From a virus (taxonomy: Duplodnaviria; Caudoviricetes), in IMG/VR virus record IMGVR_UViG_3300006139_000004, positions 32,001 through 96,000 of that record: a stretch of DNA of 64,000 nucleotides, one strand, 5' to 3'. Made by a program: the position numbers and the translations under genes. The notes beneath the pieces were generated by a model, which saw only the letters and a list, made by a program, of their open reading frames with translations, was not told the DNA's origin and did no database searches. Below, piece by piece: positions 29,417 through 43,139 of the stretch. How positions within the stretch are numbered: position 1 is the first letter of the stretch; the number at the start of each line of letters is the position of its first letter.

Positions 29417-29953
29417 ATGGAACACCTGACAAGTACACAACAAAAAATGGTAGAAGATAATCACAAACTCATTTATGGTGCTGCTCACAAATACAAAATC
29501 AATCTTGAAGAATACTATGATGTTTTGGCGATTGGATTGTGTAAAGCAGCTATGGCTTTTGATGAAACGAAAGGTCAGTTCTCAACTTTTGCATATATCA
29601 CTATGCTTAATGAGTACAATGGTGTATTGAGACACAATAAGACGAGTAGTGTTATTCCTGCTCAAAATATTGTATCAATGAATATTCGTATGAGTTCAGA
29701 TGATGGTGATTGTGTTGTAGAGTTTGGTGATATGTTTCCTGATAACGTGGACATTGAAAAAGATACCGCAGAAACAGATTACATACGTTTTCTATGTAAG
29801 AAAATCTGCCATCCACAAGAGCAAGAAGTTATCCAGTTGTTGGCTGATGGGTTTACACAATCTGAAATTGCAGAGAGAATTGGTGTCAGCCGTCAGCGCA
29901 TTGGTCAGTTGATGAATAAAATTCGAGCGAAATTGGGGAAATATGTGGCATGA
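29417..29953 (+). CDS. sigma-70 family RNA polymerase sigma factor
   Basis: IGLCKAA..FD..KGQFSTFAY (region 2); TQSEIAERIGVSRQRI (region 4). Confidence 0.85.
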   Translation: MEHLTSTQQKMVEDNHKLIYGAAHKYKINLEEYYDVLAIGLCKAAMAFDETKGQFSTFAYITMLNEYNGVLRHNKTSSVIPAQNIVSMNIRMSSDDGDCVVEFGDMFPDNVDIEKDTAETDYIRFLCKKICHPQEQEVIQLLADGFTQSEIAERIGVSRQRIGQLMNKIRAKLGKYVA

Positions 29954-30179
29954 GTGTAGGTTGTTTATGTTCTCATTGTGATGCTGCTGATTGTAATAGA
30001 CGCAAGGATGATAAAATTCGGTGTACTAAATACAGTCAGTGGGTAAATCCGAATGATATAGGCTGTGATGCTTATGTAGGTGCAATGTCATTTGCTGATA
30101 TGTTGCCTGAAAAAATGAAAGAAATTGCAGAACTATATCATGATTTAATTATGTCAAATAACAAGTAATACAACAAGGA

Positions 30180-30734
30180 GTGTGTAAAATGAAGAATTGG
30201 AAGTTGCCTTTGATTGTTGCAGCGGTTGTAATCGCTGTTGTGATGTTGTGTGTCTTTTCATTCCAAGGGGTTCAGAACAAGGCTATTTCGTTGGAGGAAC
30301 AGATTAACACAGCACAGTCAGAAATTAAGGTTCAAGAAAAGCGTAGAGCAGACCTGATTCCCAATTTGGTTGACTGTGTTCAGGCTTATGACGAACATGA
30401 ATACCAGACCTTGATGGATGTTGTTAATGCACGTGGTAGTTCCTCTGATGAAAGTGTTCAGGAGATTCAGACTATGATTCAGGCCGTTGCAGAGGCTTAT
30501 CCAGAACTCAAGAGCAATGAAAACTATCGTGAGTTGATGAATGAGTTGGCGACTACTGAGAATCTGATTGCGAACTATCGTAGTAACTTTAACAAATGGG
30601 TTAAGAGTTATAATCAATACGTAAGGAAGTTCCCGAATCGACAGGTTCTTGGGATGCTTGGATATGAAATTATTGGGTACGAATACCTTGATTATAATGT
30701 TTCTTCGGATGCTCCAACAAATCTGTTTGAGTAA
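30180..30734 (+). CDS. lemA: LemA family protein
   Basis: KRRADLIPNLV, EAYPELKSNENY, TENLIA..R..N. Confidence 0.9.
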   Translation: MCKMKNWKLPLIVAAVVIAVVMLCVFSFQGVQNKAISLEEQINTAQSEIKVQEKRRADLIPNLVDCVQAYDEHEYQTLMDVVNARGSSSDESVQEIQTMIQAVAEAYPELKSNENYRELMNELATTENLIANYRSNFNKWVKSYNQYVRKFPNRQVLGMLGYEIIGYEYLDYNVSSDAPTNLFE

Positions 30735-30745
30735 AGGACATTTGC

Positions 30746-31474
30746 ATGAAAGTTACTAAGCGAGAAATTATCTTTAGTGTTGCTATTGTAGCAGTAATGT
30801 TGATTTTTGGTATTGTATTATCAGACAAAATCAATGATAGCCTGATGAATTCATATCAAGAGTACAATACAGCATTGCAGATCAATGATGATCCTGAACT
30901 GTTCAGATATGGAATGAGAACAAATGTTGGTAATGCGTTCGTTCATGGTAATTTGGCAGCGGTTGGTTCTGTATCATATCCTGAAGTTGAAGGCCAGTAT
31001 GCCACAATGACAAAAGTGACTGAGCGATATACGATGCACACCAGAACAGTAACCAGAACACGCACTGTCAATGGTAAAACACAAACTTATACCACAACTG
31101 AGAATTATTGGACATGGGATAGCATTGATAGAGATTATCTTCATGTTGATAATATTTCGTTTCTTGGTGTAGAGTTTCCATATGGAACAATAGATTATTT
31201 CCCGGAACATAGTATTACAACCATTTATCAAACATCACATTTGCGGGATGTATATTATGGTTCTGATTTGGAGTATGAAGGAACTATTTACACAGTATTG
31301 TCAGACAACACAATTTCAAATACTACTTTTTACTGCAATAGTTCTATAGAAGAAACGATTAATTTCTTAGAAGTTAAATGGCAGTTGGTTGTATTTTGGA
31401 TTGTTTGGGTTCTACTAATTGGTGGCCTTGTGTATGGTTTCTATTACATTGACAATAGGTGGCTTGAGGGATAA
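30746..31474 (+). CDS. membrane protein (LemA neighbour)
   Basis: N- and C-terminal TM helices. Confidence 0.6.
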   Translation: MKVTKREIIFSVAIVAVMLIFGIVLSDKINDSLMNSYQEYNTALQINDDPELFRYGMRTNVGNAFVHGNLAAVGSVSYPEVEGQYATMTKVTERYTMHTRTVTRTRTVNGKTQTYTTTENYWTWDSIDRDYLHVDNISFLGVEFPYGTIDYFPEHSITTIYQTSHLRDVYYGSDLEYEGTIYTVLSDNTISNTTFYCNSSIEETINFLEVKWQLVVFWIVWVLLIGGLVYGFYYIDNRWLEG

Positions 31475-31517
31475 GTAAAGTTCGATAAGAAGGGAGGGTG
31501 ATATTATCGTCAATGCC

Positions 31518-32531
31518 TTGTCATTATCGAATTACTTAACAAACAATGTAGATGCGTGTATTACCCTTCTTGAGTGTATGGGTTTTACACAGATTACATA
31601 TAGGCAGCATAAAAATGAAATCAGGTTCAGCCGTGATGAAGGTCACAATCCCACAGCCATGCGGCTCAAACTTGACACATTAAAGTTTGATGGATTTTCA
31701 ATCAATGCACATGGTAATTTGTATTCTCTTGTGATGAAATATGAGAGTATGACATTTCCTGAAGCATTAAACTTTATTGCGGATGAACTTGGATTGCAAA
31801 AGAGCCAATTTAGTAGAAAGGTTAAATATCCATTTGGCGGGTTCTACAAAGGCTTAATGAAAGAAATTCAAGAGCCGGAGTATTCGATGCAAACATATGA
31901 TACTTCTATTCTTGATGAGTATGCAGGAAAGTATAATCTCATGTTCTTTCGAGATGGTATTAGCTTTCAAACACAGGAATATTTTAATGTAGGTTTTGAT
32001 ATAGAAACTTTGCGGATCACTGTTCCAGAATATACACTGGACGGTAAATTGTGCGGGATCATGGGGAGGTTGAACGATAGCAAATGCTCAAAAGATGAAC
32101 GCTGGTTGCCGATCATTCCATGCTCCCGCAGCCTTACCCTTTATGGATACCATCACAATTATGAAACAATCCAGCAAAAGAACATAGTTGTAATTGGTGA
32201 GTCTGAAAAGTTTGTCCAGCAGCTTCATTCAATGGGGAGTGGTATTGGCTTGGCAACGTGTGGCTGTGATGTAAGTGATATTCAGGCCAAGCATATTAAA
32301 TCTCTCATGACAAATAAGATTATTTTGGCTTACGATGAAGGGTTGGAGGAAGATCAGATACGCTTACAAGCTGAGAAATTGATTCTTAACAATGCTGTGT
32401 TTAAGAATAAAGTAGGATATGTGTTTGATAAGGACAATGAGATTTTACCAAAAGGAAGTAAAGCAAGCCCATCTGATATGGGTAAAGAGGCGTTCACTGA
32501 ATTAATACAAAGGCACGTTATTTGGTTATAG
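31518..32531 (+). CDS. DNA primase (TOPRIM)
   Basis: RITVP..GIMGR, LYG, IGESEK, LAYDEG. Confidence 0.8.
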   Translation: MSLSNYLTNNVDACITLLECMGFTQITYRQHKNEIRFSRDEGHNPTAMRLKLDTLKFDGFSINAHGNLYSLVMKYESMTFPEALNFIADELGLQKSQFSRKVKYPFGGFYKGLMKEIQEPEYSMQTYDTSILDEYAGKYNLMFFRDGISFQTQEYFNVGFDIETLRITVPEYTLDGKLCGIMGRLNDSKCSKDERWLPIIPCSRSLTLYGYHHNYETIQQKNIVVIGESEKFVQQLHSMGSGIGLATCGCDVSDIQAKHIKSLMTNKIILAYDEGLEEDQIRLQAEKLILNNAVFKNKVGYVFDKDNEILPKGSKASPSDMGKEAFTELIQRHVIWL

Positions 32532-32582
32532 ATATGAGTTTGTTTTCAAATAACAACAAATACAATCGCAAGGAGAGATGTT

Positions 32583-33704
32583 ATGGCAAAGCGAGATAAA
32601 GACCCAAGACTTCAAGCCTTATTTGATGCTGGAAAGAATGTATATAGTATTTCAAAGTGTAATACCATTGAGGAATGTTTGTACGAAACCTTTAAATCAT
32701 ACATTGAGCATGATAAAGGAGTAAATGGTATTTATGGTGTTCTTGGAACGAAAATTCATGACAAGCTGGAGGAAATTATTAATGGGGAGGCTACAGTTGA
32801 TGAACTCCCTGATACTCTGAATCAAGAACTTTTAGATTTGGATATGCTTGGGATTGAGTTTCCAAAAGATTTCAAGGGTAATGACAGTATCCGCAACAAC
32901 TGGATTGCAGACATGAAACATTTCTGTAAGACATTCCAGCCGCCAAAGGGAAAGTTCCAGACTGAGCAACTGATTATCTATCCTTTGTCTGAGGACAGGT
33001 ATATTCAGGGTTACATTGATCTTATTCGTGAAAATGCAGATGGGACTATTTCAATTTACGATTGGAAAACATCTACAGATTTCAAAGCGGCTGATCTTCT
33101 GCATCATGGGCGGCAGCTTGTTCTTTATGCTCTGGCAAAAGAGGCAGAGGGGTATACGGTGCGTGATGTGTCATGGATTATGCTGAAATACTGCGAAGTC
33201 AAATTCATGGGTAAGAAACGTGCCAACTCCAAAACCAAGACTGAAATTGTCAAGGTTCTGAACCGTGGCAAGTTGGTAAGTGAGTTGCAGCATCATATCG
33301 AAAGTGATCTGACCGAACTTGGCTATGATGAGATTGACATTGAAATCATGCTCAAGAAAGCCTTGGATGAAAACTCTCTGGATTCTCTGCCGGAGGAAGT
33401 TAGGTCTAAGTATACTATTAAGCCGTATGTTCGCCAGTATGAGATTACTGATGAACTCAAGAAAGAGACTCTGGATTATGTAAACAAATCTGCCGATTTA
33501 TTTGAGTCTTTGGATAAGGATGATTCAAGTCAGTGGCCTCCAAGGTCGTTCACAAAACTCAGTAAGACAGGCAAAGAGACAGAGGATACTTTCTTCTGTA
33601 ATAACCTTTGTAATTTCCGAAATACTTGTGTTCATCTCAAGCGATTTAATGATCAATGGGAGTTACGTAAAAAGGATGCAGACGAGGATGCTGATTTGTT
33701 CTGA
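32583..33704 (+). CDS. PD-(D/E)XK exonuclease (Cas4/RecB-like)
   Basis: GTKIH, GYIDL, YDWKTS, QLVLY, C-terminal CxxLCxxRxxC. Confidence 0.85.
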   Translation: MAKRDKDPRLQALFDAGKNVYSISKCNTIEECLYETFKSYIEHDKGVNGIYGVLGTKIHDKLEEIINGEATVDELPDTLNQELLDLDMLGIEFPKDFKGNDSIRNNWIADMKHFCKTFQPPKGKFQTEQLIIYPLSEDRYIQGYIDLIRENADGTISIYDWKTSTDFKAADLLHHGRQLVLYALAKEAEGYTVRDVSWIMLKYCEVKFMGKKRANSKTKTEIVKVLNRGKLVSELQHHIESDLTELGYDEIDIEIMLKKALDENSLDSLPEEVRSKYTIKPYVRQYEITDELKKETLDYVNKSADLFESLDKDDSSQWPPRSFTKLSKTGKETEDTFFCNNLCNFRNTCVHLKRFNDQWELRKKDADEDADLF

Positions 33705-34063
33705 TGTTCAGAGTAATTATAGCTGGCGGTAGAGATTTTGAAGATTATGAATTTCTGAAGTTGACTATGGATCGCTTGCTTGCAGATATAACAAGTGAAA
33801 TATGTGTTGTTTGTGGCATGGCGAAAGGTGCTGATCTGCTGGGAGAGCGGTATGCTAATGAGAAAGGATATAAGGTATCTCGCTTTCCAGCAGATTGGAG
33901 CAGCTTCGGTAAGTTTGCGGGATTTGTTCGTAATGAGGAAATGGCGCAAAATGCAGATGCACTTGTAGCCTTTTGGGATGGTAAAAGTCGTGGAACACAA
34001 CACATGATTAAAACGGCTGAAAGATATAAGTTGAAAATTCGAGTGAAAAAATATAGTAAGTGA
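33704..34063 (+). CDS. SLOG/YspA-like (DUF2493) protein
   Basis: IIAGGRDF, GMAKGAD, RNEEMA, FWDGKSRGT. Confidence 0.85.
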   Translation: MFRVIIAGGRDFEDYEFLKLTMDRLLADITSEICVVCGMAKGADLLGERYANEKGYKVSRFPADWSSFGKFAGFVRNEEMAQNADALVAFWDGKSRGTQHMIKTAERYKLKIRVKKYSK

Positions 34064-34636
34064 AATAGACGAAAGGTAGCTTTTTATGAAAATTATTGAT
34101 TTTCTCGAAGCAGTAAAAAGAGTTCCCTCATGGGATAGAGAACCCGGCATTACCGATGAAAACTTAGAAGATTTGATTAATCAAGTTGATATGGATAAAA
34201 AAATTGGACGATATGACCCATATCCTATTCTTGGTAGTAGACCGCAGCAGTATATTCCCCGTGGATTGGTAATGATTCATGAAGAGCAAGTATGGAAAAA
34301 TCATGGTCAGTCTCTTAGTCAGTTAGCGCAAAGAGGTGGACTAAGCTGGGCTGAGGCTCTTGCAATTATAGAAGGTAAGTCTTGGAAAGATGCAGAACAT
34401 GATGAAAATACCGCCGAAGTTATTGTTAGGAAAATGGCTTCTGAGTTTATGAAAGGTTGATTATATGCAACATGATAAAATTAAGTTGACCTGTCATATT
34501 AATGGACAAAACGCATATGACAAATTCAAGAAAATTGCATCAGAATTTTATAAAGATTCTACCTATAAATTTGTAGGGCTTGAACTTGATAAAGAACCAA
34601 CTGCTGATAGTGTAGAATTTTCTGTAGAATTTTGGA

Positions 34637-34996
34637 GTGTTAATACTGAGAGGCGGTGAAATATTGAATAGACAACTTTTTGTTGATAAATTAAAAAATG
34701 CAGTTCCAATGGATGAAGAACATATTGAAAAAGTAATTGCAGATTCTATCAATTCTACTGGTAATGATGGTATCCACCTTATTATTGCTATGGAAGAATT
34801 GTCGGAGTTACAGAAAGAAATTTCTAAGGAATTGCGTGGTAAAGGCGATAAAATAAATGTTCTTGAAGAATTGGCTGATGTTCAAATTGTTATTTACTAT
34901 GTAAAAAAGATTTTAGGAATTTCTAATGAGGATATTAAAAAAGCTATTTCAGTAAAAATTGATCGTTTGTCCTCTATTGTATATAAGGAGAAATAA
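34637..34996 (+). CDS. MazG-like NTP pyrophosphohydrolase
   Basis: MEELSEL...EELADV. Confidence 0.8.
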   Translation: MLILRGGEILNRQLFVDKLKNAVPMDEEHIEKVIADSINSTGNDGIHLIIAMEELSELQKEISKELRGKGDKINVLEELADVQIVIYYVKKILGISNEDIKKAISVKIDRLSSIVYKEK

Positions 34997-35141
34997 TATG
35001 CCCGGAGATTTTATGTTAGATTTAGACTGGCCTATGTGTGGGATTGACAATCAAAAATGTCCAAGTTATTTATCAAGATGTGATTTGTGCGAAAAGAAAG
35101 AAAAAGAAAAATTAAACAAAGATGAAGATAGGGGTGAGTAA

Positions 35142-38100
35142 ATGCAAAATTATCACCGTCATACATCATATAGCAATATTTGGGGATTTAAGGACTCGGC
35201 TGCTGTAAATGAAGATTACGCAAAACGTGCCGTTGAACTGGGTCACAAAGTAATCTCCAGTGTGGAACACGGTTTTCAGGGATACTACTTTGAAACATAT
35301 GAACTTTCCAAGAAATATGATCTGAAATTTATTTTTGGTTGTGAAGCATATTGGGTCAAAGATAGGCACGAAAAGGATCGTACAAACTCTCATATTGTTT
35401 TACTTGCCAAAAACGAAAATGGGCGTAGAGCAATTAATTCTGTTTTGTCTACAGCAAGTGAAGATGGATATTATTTTCGTCCTCGTCTTGATACTGAATT
35501 GTTGTTGAGCCTTCCGGCAAATGATGTTTTTGTCACCACGGCTTGTATAGCTTTCTGGCATTACGATGACATTGAAGATATTGTTGTCAAACTTCATGAA
35601 CATTTCAAAGACAACTTTATGCTTGAAATTCAGTATCATAAGACAGAAGCACAAATTCATCTTAATGAGCGTATTTTGGCACTGTCTGAGAAGTATGGTA
35701 TTGAAATGATTGTTGGTATGGACAGTCATTTTATTTATCCAGAACAAGAAGCAGAGCGTAATTATATGCTTGCGACAAATCCAACCAGATACGAAGATGA
35801 AGATGGTTGGTATATGGACTATCCTGATGATGATACTACTATGAATCGCTTTTTGGAGCAGAATGTACTTACCAAAAAGCAAATTCAAAGAGCAATGGAT
35901 AATACTGACCTCCTACTGAAATTTGACGATTATGACATTTTGCCAGATGGATCGCCAAACCCGATTTTCTCCAAAGATATTAAGCTACCTACTTTGTATG
36001 ATGGAGAACACGTCATTGATGGTGTGTTACTTCCTAAATTAACGCAGGAGGAACGTAATAAAGAATATAGTAAACTGATCACACGGCTATTTAAGGAATA
36101 TGTCAATGATGTTCCTCCAGAACAGTATGATGAGTATTTTGAGGGAGTGAAAACAGAAGTTCAAGTAATCAAAGACACTAATATGTCGGATTACTTTCTG
36201 ATCGACTATTACATGGTAAAACGTGCCATTGAAAAAGGCGGCGTTCTGACAAATTCAGGCCGTGGTAGTTCAGTTGGCTATTTTACTAATACTCTCCTTG
36301 GATTCTCTAAGGTTGACCGTTTCCAAAGTCCTATCAAGTTGTACCCGGAACGATTTATCAGTAAAAGCCGTATTCTTGAAACAAAATCGCTGCCTGATAT
36401 TGATTTGAATTGGGGTACACCAGAAATTGCAGCAGAGGCACAGGAAGAAATCTTGGGTAAGGATCATGCTTATCCTATGATTGCTTTTGGAACGTGTAAG
36501 AAAAAGAGTGCTTTTAAATTGTATGCACGTTCTCAGAACATGGATTTTGAACTTGCGAATACTATTTCTACACAGATAGAGAAGTATGATGAAGCCATGA
36601 AATATGCTGACGATGATGAAAAGGACGATATTAGCATTTACGATTACGTTGATGAAGAATACCATTCTTACATTGATGCAAGCAAAAAATATCAAGGTAT
36701 TATTACCGATAAGAAAAAGGCTCCATGCGCTTATTTGCTGTATGCTGGGAGTATTCGTGATGAAATTGGTCTGATTAAGTGTAAGAGCGACACCACAAAG
36801 AAAGAGTATATGACCGCCGTAATTGATGGTGCGATTGCAGAGAATTATAAATTTCTCAAAAATGATATTCTCAAGGTTGATGTAGTGCTGCTAATTGATA
36901 TGATTTATAAGCGTATTGGTATTAAGCCACATACAGTCAATAGGCTTATGGAATTAGTCAAGAATGATCAGGCCGTGTGGGATATTTACGCAAATGGATA
37001 TACGATGGGTGTAAATCAGGTTGAAAAAGCATCTACCACCAGAAAGTCTATGAAGTATCAACCCAAGAACGTTTCTGAGTTGTCGGCATTTATTGCAGCC
37101 ATTCGCCCAGCTTTTAAGTCTATGTATTCTAAGTTAGAGAATCGTGAGGACTTTTCCTACGATATTCCTGCTTTTGACAAAATTCTTCAGACTGAAGAAT
37201 TGCCACAGAGTTTCATTCTATATCAAGAGCAGACCATGAATACATTAAACTATGCCGGATTTCCTATTGATGAGTGCTATGGCATTATTAAAGCTATTGC
37301 AAAAAAGCATCCTGAGAAAGTGCGTCCTTTAAAAGAAAGGTTCATTAATGGTTTCCGGGATAAGATTATACAGGATGAGGGAGTATCAGCAGAAAAGGCA
37401 GAAGAAGATAGTGCAAGGGTATGGCAGATTATTTCTGACTCCTGCGGATACGGATTCAATTCAGCCCATGCTTATTGTATGGCACTGGATAGTCTTTATA
37501 ATGCTTACCTCAAAGCCCACTATCCATATGAGTTCTACGAAGTGTTACTTCAAACATATTCAGACAAGGGGAAGAAAGATAAGGTCGCAGAACTCAAACA
37601 AGAAATGAGCAAGGCATTTGGTATTCGTGAGGGTGATTATCGGTTTGGCCTTGATAACAGAAAGTTCGTTGCTGATCCAGATAATCACACAATCTATCCT
37701 TCGCTGTTGTCTATTAAGGGCTTGAGCCAAGGGTGTGCCAATGATCTGTATTCACTTGGCAAAAAGAAGTTTAAGAATTTCTATGAACTCTGGAAGGAAC
37801 TCAAAAAGAAAAAGAGCCTGAATAGTGCAAAGATTAATACTCTTATCGAGATTGGCTATTTTGATGAGTTTGGTTCGATTGGTAAAATCAAAAGATTTGT
37901 CGAAATCCTTGATAAGCTATATGAACGTTCACAATTTAGTAAGTCTGATCCTCCGAAGGAATTTATCTCTTATATCATGAAATATTCTGAGGCCACAGAC
38001 AAACAGTATCGAAAATTCGATTATGATGCAGCACTCAATGAAATTTGGAATGACTTAGATGATACTGAGATTTCATTTAATGAACGTTTGAAGTATGAAC

Positions 38101-38435
38101 TCAACAACATTGGCTATGTCAAAACCATAATGCCTGATATGTTACCTGATTACGCCTTTGTGCAGGAGTATGAATGTAAATATAAGAATCCTAAACTGAC
38201 GCTATATCGACTTTGTGATGGTTCTACAGAGGTTGTTAAGGTGCGCCGAAAAAAGTATGATGAAGCACCAATCAATGTTGGGGACATTATCAAAACGCTG
38301 GAATGTTCAGATGAAGGCCGTTGGTCTAAGGACGAAAATGGTGACTGGCAGCAGAGCCAGACAGATCATGAATGTATCTTGAAGAAATGGTCTTTCGTTA
38401 GGGATAATACTATTGAGGGAGGGGAACCAGCATGA
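35142..38435 (+). CDS. dnaE: DNA polymerase III alpha subunit (family C, PHP domain)
   Basis: YHRHTSYS, GRGSS, PDID, KNDIL, YQEQ, YGFNSAHA. Confidence 0.95.
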   Translation: MQNYHRHTSYSNIWGFKDSAAVNEDYAKRAVELGHKVISSVEHGFQGYYFETYELSKKYDLKFIFGCEAYWVKDRHEKDRTNSHIVLLAKNENGRRAINSVLSTASEDGYYFRPRLDTELLLSLPANDVFVTTACIAFWHYDDIEDIVVKLHEHFKDNFMLEIQYHKTEAQIHLNERILALSEKYGIEMIVGMDSHFIYPEQEAERNYMLATNPTRYEDEDGWYMDYPDDDTTMNRFLEQNVLTKKQIQRAMDNTDLLLKFDDYDILPDGSPNPIFSKDIKLPTLYDGEHVIDGVLLPKLTQEERNKEYSKLITRLFKEYVNDVPPEQYDEYFEGVKTEVQVIKDTNMSDYFLIDYYMVKRAIEKGGVLTNSGRGSSVGYFTNTLLGFSKVDRFQSPIKLYPERFISKSRILETKSLPDIDLNWGTPEIAAEAQEEILGKDHAYPMIAFGTCKKKSAFKLYARSQNMDFELANTISTQIEKYDEAMKYADDDEKDDISIYDYVDEEYHSYIDASKKYQGIITDKKKAPCAYLLYAGSIRDEIGLIKCKSDTTKKEYMTAVIDGAIAENYKFLKNDILKVDVVLLIDMIYKRIGIKPHTVNRLMELVKNDQAVWDIYANGYTMGVNQVEKASTTRKSMKYQPKNVSELSAFIAAIRPAFKSMYSKLENREDFSYDIPAFDKILQTEELPQSFILYQEQTMNTLNYAGFPIDECYGIIKAIAKKHPEKVRPLKERFINGFRDKIIQDEGVSAEKAEEDSARVWQIISDSCGYGFNSAHAYCMALDSLYNAYLKAHYPYEFYEVLLQTYSDKGKKDKVAELKQEMSKAFGIREGDYRFGLDNRKFVADPDNHTIYPSLLSIKGLSQGCANDLYSLGKKKFKNFYELWKELKKKKSLNSAKINTLIEIGYFDEFGSIGKIKRFVEILDKLYERSQFSKSDPPKEFISYIMKYSEATDKQYRKFDYDAALNEIWNDLDDTEISFNERLKYELNNIGYVKTIMPDMLPDYAFVQEYECKYKNPKLTLYRLCDGSTEVVKVRRKKYDEAPINVGDIIKTLECSDEGRWSKDENGDWQQSQTDHECILKKWSFVRDNTIEGGEPA

Positions 38436-39206
38436 AATGTCCTTACGGAAACGAACGTTGTCTGTGCGCTGATTGCACAGACAACGCAAAGTACGATGGT
38501 TGTGAGAAGGAATATTGTATTCATTGCTATGAGTGCGAAGATGCTCAAAAAGCTATTCATGACGTATACTTTTGTACTGGACATAGGAGGATAGAAAGTG
38601 AGAACTAAAGACGAACTGTTCATGCTTGGGGAAGTTTCCACTTTACTTCAATATCTTTTTATGAGCGAAAAGCATACTATAATATTTAATAATGGGCTTA
38701 CTGATTTACAAATCAGAATGGATGAAAATTTCAATATTTGGTGTAGGAATTTGCAATTTCCTGATATTCCTGAATCTGATTTTTCTAAGCAGATGACAAC
38801 ATTATATATGCTTGGTGTCATTCAAATTCTTCAAAATACACCTCCAGTTGAATTTAAAAATGCGTTTGCAAATCGTTGGGAGAAAATCAAACAAATCACC
38901 TTGGCTAATCTTGCTTTAAATAGAAAGTAGGTTAAAATGCAATGGTGAGATTTAAAACGAAAGAGATTGATAGTTATTATGCTGCCAATTCAATTTTGAA
39001 TTTCATTGATTATGCCGAATCTAATTTGCATAACATTGGCAGATATAATGGCTCATTATCATTATACCGCAAATGTTTGTATATTAGACGGGAAGATTCA
39101 CTGTTTTATAAGTATGGAGAAGATAATACTGGCGATATTCAAAAATTAAAACAATTCATGCGTAGATGTTACCGTGAAATTAATCTGTGGAAGAAGGTAT
39201 TTTGAA

Positions 39207-39569
39207 ATGATTTATACCACATATTTTGCAAAACTGAAATCGTTACCTAAAGATATTGTGCCAATTAGCATTTGTGGCAAGGCTCCGAATAACTACAATG
39301 GCCTCCAGTATAAAAAACTTGCACCAAAATATGATTTCTTTATGAAATGGAAAGAGAATCATGATAACGACTATTATATCTGTTGTTTTGATAATCAAGT
39401 TCTTTCTGTGCTTAATCCTACACAGGTAGTTGCTGATTTAACTGCAATGGCAGCAGGACGTGATGTTGCTTTAGTATGCTATGAAAGGCCCAGAGATTTT
39501 TGCCATAGACATTTGGTAGCAGAATGGTTGCAAAAGAATGGCTATAATGTCCAAGAATGGAGTGCCTAA
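39207..39569 (+). CDS. DUF488-like protein
   Basis: IYTTYF, LAPK, LVCYE..FCHRHLVA. Confidence 0.75.
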   Translation: MIYTTYFAKLKSLPKDIVPISICGKAPNNYNGLQYKKLAPKYDFFMKWKENHDNDYYICCFDNQVLSVLNPTQVVADLTAMAAGRDVALVCYERPRDFCHRHLVAEWLQKNGYNVQEWSA

Positions 39570-39877
39570 ATGGGAGAAAATAAAAGTAGTGTTTTATACT
39601 ATAATGGTAGGCCACTTAATATAAGTGAAATGCCTCCCATAACGTTTGATTCATGTGTAGATGGTGGTGATATAATCGGCACTTTTCCACAAAATAGAAA
39701 TTGTTCATTTACAGCAACATTCAAACATTTAAAAATGAGCCGCAAGAAATTTGTTCATAATCTAATAAAACAAGGTTATTCTAAAAAAGTGGCTAAACAG
39801 TTGGCGTGGTATTGTAATGGAAAAGGGATTCCTTATGGTGCTGCTAACAATTTAATAGCTTTGGGTTTATCTGTGAG

Positions 39878-40417
39878 GTGATTGGAATTTTAGAACTATA
39901 CAAATATACTGATAAAGAAATTGACCAGCTTGTTAGGTCTATTGTAATTCTTACTGATACCAGAGAACAGAAGAACCAACATATTCTTGATTGGTTTGAT
40001 AAAAAGAAAATTCCCCATAAGACAAAAGCATTGTCAAATGGAGATTATAGTTTTTATGTTCCTGCTAATCCTGATCTGAATATTGATAGAGATTTGTTCT
40101 TTGATAAAGAAATTATGGTAGAACGTAAAGGATCACTGGAGGAACTAAGCGGCAATCTTTCACAGCAGCGGGCAAGGTTTGAGGAAGAGATGGCTACATA
40201 TCCGGGCAAGAAGTATTTGTTAGTTGAGAACGCAAATTATCAAGATATTATCACGGGGAACTATGATACAAAGTTTTCAGCAAAAGCATATCTTGCAAGC
40301 CTTCATACATTTAACCATCGTTATGATCTTCAGATGATGTTCATGCCTGATCCACAGTATTCAGGATACTTTCTGTACGGAGTGTTCACATATTTTCTCA
40401 GAAAAATTTTGCGGTAA
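39878..40417 (+). CDS. ERCC4-domain nuclease (resolvase candidate)
   Basis: DTREQ, GDYS, VERKGSLEEL. Confidence 0.85.
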   Translation: MIGILELYKYTDKEIDQLVRSIVILTDTREQKNQHILDWFDKKKIPHKTKALSNGDYSFYVPANPDLNIDRDLFFDKEIMVERKGSLEELSGNLSQQRARFEEEMATYPGKKYLLVENANYQDIITGNYDTKFSAKAYLASLHTFNHRYDLQMMFMPDPQYSGYFLYGVFTYFLRKILR

Positions 40418-42514
<2,097 letters not shown>

Positions 42515-42722
42515 AAATTTTACATCGGCTCTTAGGATATTGCCCTATATGTGGACGTTGGTTTCAATTCAGCACCAAGCAGCGTACCCCAAACACTGTT
42601 AAAGACGAATATATTGTATGCTGCAAGTCTTGCTATGAAAAAATCGAAGCATATAGAGATGAATTACTTAGGGATTTACATAAAGATCAGAGGATTAAAT
42701 CAAGAATGATGAAATAAAAGGC

Positions 42723-42750
42723 GAGGACGTGCGCTAAAACACACGTCCTC
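42723..42750. terminator. hairpin between convergent genes
   Basis: GAGGACGTG...CACGTCCTC. Confidence 0.6.
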
Positions 42751-42760
42751 ATCAAGTAAA

Positions 42761-43054
42761 TTATTTCTTTTTCTCCGTATCAGCAACGGGTGTTGATTCA
42801 GGCTCGTCAAGGGAAATCCCTAATTTCTGAGCAATTTCCTCATTGCTCATTCCAGCCTCTTTTGCTTTTGAAATAAGGGCTTTCAGGCCAGCAGCTTTTG
42901 ATGCACGTGGCTTTGGATTGAGAATGGTATTTTTCTTTGCCTCTAATTTTTGAATAGCGTCCTTATGTCCAGCAATCTTTTTGTCAATCTCGGCAATACG
43001 TTCTTCTGCTGGGCGGCGAACTAACTTGCGCTGTTTGTTTTCGGCTTCTGCCAT
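42761..43054 (-). CDS. small basic coiled-coil/HTH protein on the opposite strand with its own promoter
   Basis: AAGGAGTGA RBS; minus-strand TTTACA (43114-43119)-17 bp-TATAAT (43091-43096). Confidence 0.75.
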   Translation of the reverse strand: MAEAENKQRKLVRRPAEERIAEIDKKIAGHKDAIQKLEAKKNTILNPKPRASKAAGLKALISKAKEAGMSNEEIAQKLGISLDEPESTPVADTEKKK

Positions 43055-43139
43055 TATAGATCACTCCTTATCTCAAAATATGGCATTTGAATTATAACAC
43101 ACTTCTTTTAATTTGTAAATATGAAAGGTGAAAAATTTA

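Noticed and set aside
32583-33704. Cas4 as part of a CRISPR system
   Set aside because: Sits in the replication module with no cas1/cas2 or array; typical phage exonuclease.
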